NCBI GenBank assembly: GCA_014190035.1 | Contig: BJFU01000002.1 | Coordinates: 3,190-67,189 of the forward strand | Origin: Actinomycetes bacterium | GTDB taxonomy: Bacteria > Actinomycetota > Actinomycetes > S36-B12 > UBA5976 | Direction of reading: 5' to 3' | DNA length: 64,000 nt | Part shown: piece after piece, positions 43,076 to 49,707 of the stretch | Layout of the letters: each line of letters begins with the position of its first letter | How positions within the stretch are numbered: position 1 is the stretch's first letter | Notes under the pieces: model-generated | Seen by the model: the letters and a program-made list of their open reading frames with translations, nothing else | Database searches by the model: none | Told to the model about the DNA's origin: nothing | Translations under genes and position numbers: made by a program

Positions 43076-44887
43076 ATGCCTGGCCAACGCCAAACACTTG
43101 ATTCTCTAGATGTTGCACAACGCGCAGTTGTTGAAGCATTAGAAGGTCCAGTTGTAATTTATGCCGGAGCTGGGAGTGGAAAGACCAGAGCAATAACCCA
43201 TCGCATCGCTCATGGTTGTAATCAAAAAATTTATGATCCACAAAAAGTATTAGCGGTAACTTTTACAACTCGAGCAGCTGATGAAATGTCACTGCGACTT
43301 TCAGCGTTAGGTATCAGAAATGTTGCTACCAGAACTTTTCATTCCGCAGCGCTTCGACAATTAAAATATTTCTGGCCCAAAGCCATTGGTGGAGAAATTC
43401 CCAAAGTAATTGAAAATAAATTCAAAGTCTTGGCTGCTGCTTTAGAGAAAACAAGTTTAGGAAGTTCAAAGAGTTCAATTAGAGAATACATTTCAATAAT
43501 TGAAAGTGCAAAAACTAATCGACTAGATCCAGATTCAATCACCAACCCAGATCACGCAACTGCTTATCAGGCTTATATCGATTTCACTCATAAAAACAAT
43601 TTAATAGACTTTGAAGATGTATTACTGCTACTTGTTGCAGTTTTAGAAGATAGCGAAGATTTAGCTGATGAAGTTCATCAAAATTATCACTGGCTAACAG
43701 TCGATGAATATCAAGACGTTAACCCTTTGCAACAAAGATTATTAGAATTATGGCTTGGGGATAATCGAAATATCTGCGTGGTAGGAGATTCTGCTCAGAC
43801 TATTTACACATTTGCGGGTGCATCAAGTAAACCCTTAGAAAATTTCACAAAGAAATATGAAGATGCTGCAGTTTTTAGACTTAATCGCAACTATCGCTCA
43901 AAGCCAGAAATTATTGATTACGCAAACAAACTCTTATCCCAAATGCCTTCCTCAACTGCCAGTGTTGGCTCTCTCATGGCAACCAAAGAAGCGGGCACAA
44001 AAGTTGAAGTATTACCTTTTGTAAATGATTCTGCTGAAGCCGATTGGATTGCTCAAAGCATCGTTGATTTACTCCAGGGTGGACAAAAAGAAACAGAAAT
44101 TGTTGTGCTTGCTCGAATCAATTCACAATTGGAATTAGTAGCTGCGGCCCTTGAAGACCGTGGAGTTGATTATTGGCTTCAAACAGGTGAGAGATACAGC
44201 ATTAAAAACAGGCTTGAACCAAGAATTACCTTGGCAACAATTCATGCCACCAAAGGTTTGGAATGGAACAACGTATTCATTATGGGGGTAAGTGATGGAT
44301 TCTTGCCTTATGTGCAAGCAGACTCTGATGAAGAGATAGCTGAAGAACTTCGACTTTTTTACGTCGCAGTTACCAGAGCTAAAGAAAAACTCTTTATTAC
44401 ATGGTCCAGAAGTAGAGATAGTGGTGGCAGAGACAGAATTAAATCTAGATTTCTATCTAAATTGGATTTGGAATCAACTGCTAAAGCAAATGACGAAACA
44501 GAATTTGCCCCGTCCAAGGAAAGACAAAATTACAAAAAAGAACTTATGCGCTGTTCCATTTGTGATAAAGCCTTAGTTAGTGGAACTGAATTGATTTTGC
44601 AAAGATGTAAAAGCTGTCCAAGTACTACACCAATTGACTATTTAGCTTCGGCTTTAAATTGGAGATCTGAACAAGCTATTGCCGAGGGAATCCCCGAATT
44701 TCTAGTACTAAGTGATGCTTCTCTTGAAGCATTTGTTGACGCACTTTTCGCAGCCAAGTCTGAAGAAGATTGCATATTAATTCCTGGTGTGGGTGCAGAA
44801 AAGTGCGCCAAATACTTTGAAGATATTTCTACAGTTCTTGCTGCCGTTAAACCAGGAGACCTGAAACTGATTGATTTAAAGCCTTAA
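43076..44887 (+). CDS. uvrD2: ATP-dependent DNA helicase UvrD2 (tetracysteine module plus HRDC-like C-terminus)
   Basis: 603 aa. GAGSGKTR and DEYQDVN. CSICDK...CKSCPS tetracysteine module followed by an HRDC-like tail. The ATG abuts the mycoredoxin stop. Confidence 0.88.
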   Translation: MPGQRQTLDSLDVAQRAVVEALEGPVVIYAGAGSGKTRAITHRIAHGCNQKIYDPQKVLAVTFTTRAADEMSLRLSALGIRNVATRTFHSAALRQLKYFWPKAIGGEIPKVIENKFKVLAAALEKTSLGSSKSSIREYISIIESAKTNRLDPDSITNPDHATAYQAYIDFTHKNNLIDFEDVLLLLVAVLEDSEDLADEVHQNYHWLTVDEYQDVNPLQQRLLELWLGDNRNICVVGDSAQTIYTFAGASSKPLENFTKKYEDAAVFRLNRNYRSKPEIIDYANKLLSQMPSSTASVGSLMATKEAGTKVEVLPFVNDSAEADWIAQSIVDLLQGGQKETEIVVLARINSQLELVAAALEDRGVDYWLQTGERYSIKNRLEPRITLATIHATKGLEWNNVFIMGVSDGFLPYVQADSDEEIAEELRLFYVAVTRAKEKLFITWSRSRDSGGRDRIKSRFLSKLDLESTAKANDETEFAPSKERQNYKKELMRCSICDKALVSGTELILQRCKSCPSTTPIDYLASALNWRSEQAIAEGIPEFLVLSDASLEAFVDALFAAKSEEDCILIPGVGAEKCAKYFEDISTVLAAVKPGDLKLIDLKP

Positions 44888-44964
44888 ATTTAAATCTGTG
44901 GATAACTTTTATCTTGTTATGCAAAATATGTTCTAATCCTTAAAGGCAAATCTTAAGGAGTAAA

Positions 44965-45921
44965 TTGAGGCTTATTTTAAATCCAGAAATTGATGTTTTA
45001 TGGCGTGATAAGACTACTTTGCAAGTTAGAAACCCAGATGGAACTAGTAACACAATTTCAGATCTTCCCTCAGATATGAAATTAATTTTAAGCAGTTGTA
45101 CCGGAATTGTGAATATCTCTGAAATCCTGCTAAATCTAAATATTGATGAAAGAATTCATGAAGATATAAACATTGCGCTGAGATTTTTGATAGAACATCG
45201 GATCCTGATAAATCAATCTCATTTATATGAACAAGCAGAGAGACTGCACAAAAGCTATGTGCAAGTGATTGGGATAAACACTTTTGCTTTTCAAATTGGA
45301 CAACTATTAGCTGCCGCAGGTGTGGGAAGAATAGTTTTTGATTCCTTAACTAAAAAGCAAGCAACTGTAACTTTAGGGGATATAAATATTTTAGGTCCAA
45401 GAGCTCGAGAGATTGGAACACCTCTTAGCCAAAGTTTAAGGGATTCTCTTTTAGCAATGGGAGCAAGAGCTGAGAAACCTAATCAAGAACGACAACCTGA
45501 TCTAGTTATCATTTGTGAAGATACAGAGTCTTTTGAAATAAATGAATTAATGATTAATCGTGTGCCCCACGTATTTATTGGCAAAACAGGGGAACAGGTA
45601 AATGTTGGCCCATTTGTAATCCCTGGAATTCAAACCTGCCAGAACTGTTTGCAACTCAATTCACTCAAAAAGAATTTGTTTATTTTTCCCTTAGAAAAGA
45701 GAAAAAAGAAAGCACGAGAAATTGACAAGAATCCCTCTTTGACTACCTTGGCATCTTCGTTGCTAGTTACCAATTGTGTTTCGTTTCTCAGTGGAGAATT
45801 AGCCAATAGCGGGCCCAGTTTGTTAAATGTTGTTTGTGATCTTGATGCCAATGGTCCAACAATTGTTTTTCGCAAACTTCAACCAAATCCACAATGTGGA
45901 TGTCGCTGGGAAGCTGCTTAG
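44965..45921 (+). CDS. Orphan protein with PqqD/RRE-like N-terminus and degenerate ThiF/E1-like Rossmann domain
   Basis: 318 aa, TTG start 4 nt after AAGGAG. Residues 99-127, VQVIGINTFAFQIGQLLAAAGVGRIVFDS, resemble the ThiF/MoeB fold but lack GxGxxG. CQNC and CGC near the C-terminus. Confidence 0.6.
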   Translation: MRLILNPEIDVLWRDKTTLQVRNPDGTSNTISDLPSDMKLILSSCTGIVNISEILLNLNIDERIHEDINIALRFLIEHRILINQSHLYEQAERLHKSYVQVIGINTFAFQIGQLLAAAGVGRIVFDSLTKKQATVTLGDINILGPRAREIGTPLSQSLRDSLLAMGARAEKPNQERQPDLVIICEDTESFEINELMINRVPHVFIGKTGEQVNVGPFVIPGIQTCQNCLQLNSLKKNLFIFPLEKRKKKAREIDKNPSLTTLASSLLVTNCVSFLSGELANSGPSLLNVVCDLDANGPTIVFRKLQPNPQCGCRWEAA

Positions 45922-45930
45922 AAAAGAAAA

Positions 45931-45964
45931 TTGCCCTCGGTTTAATTTCTTAAACCAAGGGCAA
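45931..45964 (-). terminator. Terminator for the DUF5679 gene (hairpin shared with the convergent upstream gene)
   Basis: 13-bp stem TTGCCCTCGGTTTA/TAAACCAAGGGCAA with one mismatch. The U-tract (TTTTCTTTTC) is present only on the minus strand. Confidence 0.75.
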
Positions 45965-45982
45965 TGAAGACGTCTGCTGTCT

Positions 45983-46141
45983 TTAGGCTTTGCCGAGGAT
46001 GCGGGTCACCTTGGTGCCGCAGGTTGGGCAAATTCCTTTGGCCATGCGACGGCCATTAGTTTCGTGTACTTCACCAGTAAACTCGCGCTTGGCTTTGCAC
46101 TTAACGCAGTACGCTTCGCCTGTATATGACTCTCCGGCCAT
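45983..46141 (-). CDS. DUF5679-like small zinc-ribbon protein (52 aa)
   Basis: MAGESYTGEAYCVKCKAKREFTGEVHETNGRRMAKGICPTCGTKVTRILGKA with CxxC...CxxC. The ATG at 46141 is preceded by GGAGGA. The longer 88-aa ORF-track version lacks an RBS. Confidence 0.8.
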   Translation of the reverse strand: MAGESYTGEAYCVKCKAKREFTGEVHETNGRRMAKGICPTCGTKVTRILGKA

Positions 46142-46262
46142 GTGTCCTCCTTGCGATCGCGAGGGATTATTCCCACGCATCTGCAACCCTAGGCGCACGA
46201 AGGGCTTGTGAGGGCGGATTTGAGCGTGCCACGCCGAGATTTTGAGCACAATCCCTCACAAA
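46142..46262 (-). promoter_or_regulatory. GC-rich structured 5' leader of the DUF5679 gene (riboswitch/attenuator-like, unclassified)
   Basis: Mutually exclusive 8-bp pairings. RNA-sense UGUGAGGGAUU (46250-46260) pairs with either CCCUCACA (46207-46214) or AAUCCCUC (46161-46168). There is also a local GGGA-AUAA-UCCC hairpin, and the SD lies 10 nt downstream. Confidence 0.45.
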
Positions 46263-46595
46263 TAAACCACTGTTACTGGAGGGACTAAAAACAGTGAAAC
46301 CGCCAGGTCTCACTCGTTAATCAGACTTATGCACTTTCCCCAGATACATAAATCGAATTGAAGTGAACCTAGCGGTGTCAGTAGTGAAAAGTTATGTCAT
46401 ATGGGGGACATGCGTCAAACGTGCTTGTTGATGAAGTTGTGGATTAACTGTTCAATCTGTGGGAAAAAGGGTACATAACTTGGGGATAAACCTGTGGGTA
46501 AGAAATTGTTATAAATCAAATTAAGGCTCTGAAGTGCATCTTTAGTCGAGTGTGTTTGTGGATAAAAAATAGTTTCAACCTCTAGCGTTAAATTC

Positions 46596-47177
46596 ATGCC
46601 TAAAGCTATGAATCTGCCTCCTAATGTGGAAGTCAGGCGTTCAAATAAAAGAAGGCGCACAGTTTCAGCTGCTCGCGAAGGAAATAAAACAGTTTTAAAC
46701 GTGCCCTTAAGAATGAGTATTGCTGAAATTGAACAACTTGCTCGCGATTTGATTACTCGAATGAATGATCGTGATCCTCGAGCATATTTTTCTGATGATG
46801 AATTATTTAAACGAGCGCAAGAATTGTCTGCAACTTATTTATTTTCTCAAGCAGATCCAAAATCAGTTGCGTGGTCAAGTCGTTTAACTTCCACCTGGGG
46901 AATCTGCACACCCATAGAAGGCATAATAAAAATTACTTCGCGTTTACAAGGCATGCCTCAATATGTTTTGGATTATGTTTTATTGCACGAATTAGTTCAT
47001 TTAGTTGTTAATGATCACGGAAAAGATTTTGATGCCTTTATGAAAACTTTTGAGAAGAAAGAAAGAGCAGAAGGTTACTTAGATGCACTGGATGAGTTAC
47101 CGTCATCTGTTTGGTCATCTGGTTCTTTAGGCGCAATTCCTGCAGAATCTAGTGCAGAAATATCAAGAGGCGCCTGA
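46596..47177 (+). CDS. DUF45/YgjP-like (SprT/WLM-type) metallopeptidase
   Basis: 193 aa, HExxH motif in VLLHELVHLVVNDH, basic N-terminus VRRSNKRRRTVS typical of the family. Confidence 0.75.
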   Translation: MPKAMNLPPNVEVRRSNKRRRTVSAAREGNKTVLNVPLRMSIAEIEQLARDLITRMNDRDPRAYFSDDELFKRAQELSATYLFSQADPKSVAWSSRLTSTWGICTPIEGIIKITSRLQGMPQYVLDYVLLHELVHLVVNDHGKDFDAFMKTFEKKERAEGYLDALDELPSSVWSSGSLGAIPAESSAEISRGA

Positions 47178-48328
47178 ATCTTATTAAAGAATTCTGGATC
47201 CTGTAAATCATCAATACTTGGCAACAAATCTGGATGACTCCACAAACTATCTCTAACATTTGTACCAAAAGTTAATGTTTGCTTATTCCAAAAATTTGCA
47301 GCTTCTCTAATTAATTTAGGACGAAGCTCTAGTCCGATAAGGGCACCAAAAGTTTTTTCAGCAGGACCACCAACTGCTCTTCTTCTAATCATTGCTTCTT
47401 GTAGGGAAGCAATTGCTGGGAGTCGACCAAGTGCTGCAATATTTACAACTTCATAAATCCAACCTTCAATTAAAGCCAATAATCTTTCAGTTCTAATGAG
47501 TGCATTTGTTTGAGATTGACTTAATTGAGCGTCAAATAAACCACCAGATAAAGCTGCTTGAATCGCCTCAGGATTTGTTGGATCAATTTGACTCATTACT
47601 TCACTAATTTTGTTATTGTCAACACTTATTTGAGAAGAGAATTCCTCAATCGCACCCATCAAGGTAGAAGCAAGCCAAGTCACACTTGAAAATAATCTAG
47701 ATGCAGCAGATTCTCTTAATGCTACAAAAGCCATTATTTCTGATTCATTTACTTGTAAACCTTTTGCAAATTCTTTTATATTACGTGGAACTAAAGCTGG
47801 GGTAGTCGTATCTCCTAGAGGAATTCCAATATCTGTTAAGCAAAGCACTTCACTTGAAAGCGCTGCCAGTCCATTGCTAATTTGCATGGAAAACATTGCA
47901 GCAGACATAGGTTTTAATGCATCAAGTAATGGTTTCAACATTTCTTTTTGAGCATCGTCAATACCTGGAATATTAGGCAATGAATTAGACATTGAATTCT
48001 GTACACGTTGCGCAACAGGATCAACTATTTTTTCCCACGTTGCAACAGTTGCTTCAATCCACTCACTGCGACACCAAGTTTTACTCGATGTTGATGCGGC
48101 GGGAACAGAAGTTACACCGTTTAACCAAGTTTGTGCCAATTGAACATTTGTATTCACTTCTTTAATTTCAGATTCGCTAACGCTTGGATCTCCAGCTTGC
48201 ACAACATTGGTGCGCGCCATATTTACTGCAGCTGGCCAACCAACAGGTGCATTGCCCGCACCTTGCATCATTTGTCCAAGTTGGCTTAAGAGTTTGCCAA
48301 TTTCTGCTGGATCTATGGGACACCTCAC
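47075..48328 (-). CDS. DUF2342/TIGR03624-family protein (usually annotated as zinc-dependent metalloprotease)
   Basis: 417 aa, GTG start. Overall resemblance, and conserved position next to the PDZ protease and UPF0182 gene as I recall for mycobacteria. No HExxH is visible in this sequence (RESAAS at the position I would expect it). Confidence 0.65.
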   Translation of the reverse strand: MRCPIDPAEIGKLLSQLGQMMQGAGNAPVGWPAAVNMARTNVVQAGDPSVSESEIKEVNTNVQLAQTWLNGVTSVPAASTSSKTWCRSEWIEATVATWEKIVDPVAQRVQNSMSNSLPNIPGIDDAQKEMLKPLLDALKPMSAAMFSMQISNGLAALSSEVLCLTDIGIPLGDTTTPALVPRNIKEFAKGLQVNESEIMAFVALRESAASRLFSSVTWLASTLMGAIEEFSSQISVDNNKISEVMSQIDPTNPEAIQAALSGGLFDAQLSQSQTNALIRTERLLALIEGWIYEVVNIAALGRLPAIASLQEAMIRRRAVGGPAEKTFGALIGLELRPKLIREAANFWNKQTLTFGTNVRDSLWSHPDLLPSIDDLQDPEFFNKIQAPLDISALDSAGIAPKEPDDQTDDGNSSSASK

Positions 48329-48385
48329 AATTACTAAAGCAATGCGAATACTTAAGTATCTCGCGATGGGTCGTAGTGTTGATGT

Positions 48386-48571
48386 ATGCAGGTACTTCTT
48401 TGGCTTCTGATTCCGGTGGCAGCCGGGCTTTTAGCCACAATTTATTTGGCCATTAAGTACAGACCATCTAGACCAGCCAATGCCCATAGGGGAATGTCAG
48501 GTTTAGCTGAATTTAGAGATGCCATGAATAGGCCGCTTCCGAGAAACGATGAAACAAAAAATAAAAAATAA
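48386..48571 (+). CDS. Possible small single-TM protein (61 aa)
   Basis: Hydrophobic helix VLLWLLIPVAAGLLATIYLAI followed by a basic tail. In-frame stop directly upstream of the ATG. Overlaps the next gene start by 23 nt. No homology evidence available. Confidence 0.4.
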   Translation: MQVLLWLLIPVAAGLLATIYLAIKYRPSRPANAHRGMSGLAEFRDAMNRPLPRNDETKNKK

Positions 48572-49631
48572 AAAGAAAGCTAAATTAAATCCTTTAAAAA
48601 GAATTATTCCTACTTCAATAGTTGTTTTCTTGTTGATTGCGTTGTTACTAATTCCTGTTCCATTTATAAAGATTTCCCCAGGACCACTTTTTAACACTGT
48701 TGGTAAAGAAATGGACCAGGAAGTCATTTCAATCATTGGGGTCAAAACTTATGAATCAAAGGGTGAATTAAATTTCACAACCGTTTCAGAAACTGGTGGC
48801 CCTTTTGGAAGACTTGTGTTAATAGATGCAATATCGGCTTGGATTGATCCAACGCAAGCAGTAGTACCAACAAGTGATCTTTATCCTGAAGTTGTTAATC
48901 CAGAAGTGATTAAAAAAGAAAACGAAAGGGCATTTTCAGGATCTCAAACAGATGCAATTGCTGCAGCTTTGAGATATTTAAAAATTCCTGTTGAAGTAAG
49001 AGTTGTGGTTGATAGCGTTGTTGTTGATTCACCAAGTGATGGCAAAATCGAACCAGGGGATGTAGTAATAAGTGTTGACAAAAAAGAAGTTAAAACTGCA
49101 ACCGATGTTGTTAAATTAGTACAACTTCATAAGCCAAATGAAATAATTGAATTAACCATTTCACGAAATAAGAATATAAAGAATGTGTTAGTAACTGGAA
49201 TTGAATTAAAATCCGATGCTTCAAAAGCTTCGATTGGAATTTCCATTGGTCCAGGAATTGATCCTCCCTATGATTTTAAATTTGGGGTAGCAGAAGTTGG
49301 TGGACCAAGCGCGGGATTGTTTTTGACTTTGGGAATTATTGATGAGTTGACCGAAAATGATTTAACAGCAGGAAAAATTATTGCAGGAACTGGAACAATA
49401 AATTATTTAGGTGAAGTTGGTCCTATCGGTGGAATAAGACAAAAATTGGAAGGCGCAAAAAATAGTGGTGCGCAACTATTCTTGGCACCGATTGATAATT
49501 GCGATGAAATAACAAGTGATAATTACAAATCAATGCCGGTTGTTGCTGTCTCAACTCTTGCAGATGCGATCAAAGCTATAGAAACATTCACAAAAACAGG
49601 AAGCATTAAAGGTTTAAAGACCTGTAGCTAA
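48549..49631 (+). CDS. PDZ-domain Lon-like (S16) serine protease, YlbL/Rv3194c-like
   Basis: 360 aa. N-terminal TM anchor, a central PDZ-like segment and a Lon catalytic-type GGPSAGL serine motif with a downstream Lys (GGIRQKLEGAK). Confidence 0.85.
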   Translation: MKQKIKNKKKAKLNPLKRIIPTSIVVFLLIALLLIPVPFIKISPGPLFNTVGKEMDQEVISIIGVKTYESKGELNFTTVSETGGPFGRLVLIDAISAWIDPTQAVVPTSDLYPEVVNPEVIKKENERAFSGSQTDAIAAALRYLKIPVEVRVVVDSVVVDSPSDGKIEPGDVVISVDKKEVKTATDVVKLVQLHKPNEIIELTISRNKNIKNVLVTGIELKSDASKASIGISIGPGIDPPYDFKFGVAEVGGPSAGLFLTLGIIDELTENDLTAGKIIAGTGTINYLGEVGPIGGIRQKLEGAKNSGAQLFLAPIDNCDEITSDNYKSMPVVAVSTLADAIKAIETFTKTGSIKGLKTCS

Positions 49632-49707
49632 GTCGAAAAATGCTACTTTTTCTCTCACAAATTAACCCCGATTGGACGAAGTAAGCCTTGTTTCGTATTG
49701 TCGAAAT

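Noticed and set aside
45983-46249. Longer 88-aa version of the DUF5679 ORF
   Set aside because: The internal ATG at 46141 has a strong GGAGGA RBS and yields the compact zinc-ribbon domain. The upstream 36 codons coincide with the structured GC-rich leader.
46401-46478. 25-codon ORF MGDMRQTCLLMKLWINCSICGKKGT in the long intergenic region
   Set aside because: It contains a CxxC, but there is no SD and no supporting context. An ORF this short is expected by chance in 330 nt. It is worth checking only if the region proves conserved.
46415-46660. 81-aa minus-strand ORF spanning the DUF45 gene start
   Set aside because: No RBS, and it overlaps a gene with a clear HExxH family signature on the other strand. 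The translation has no features.
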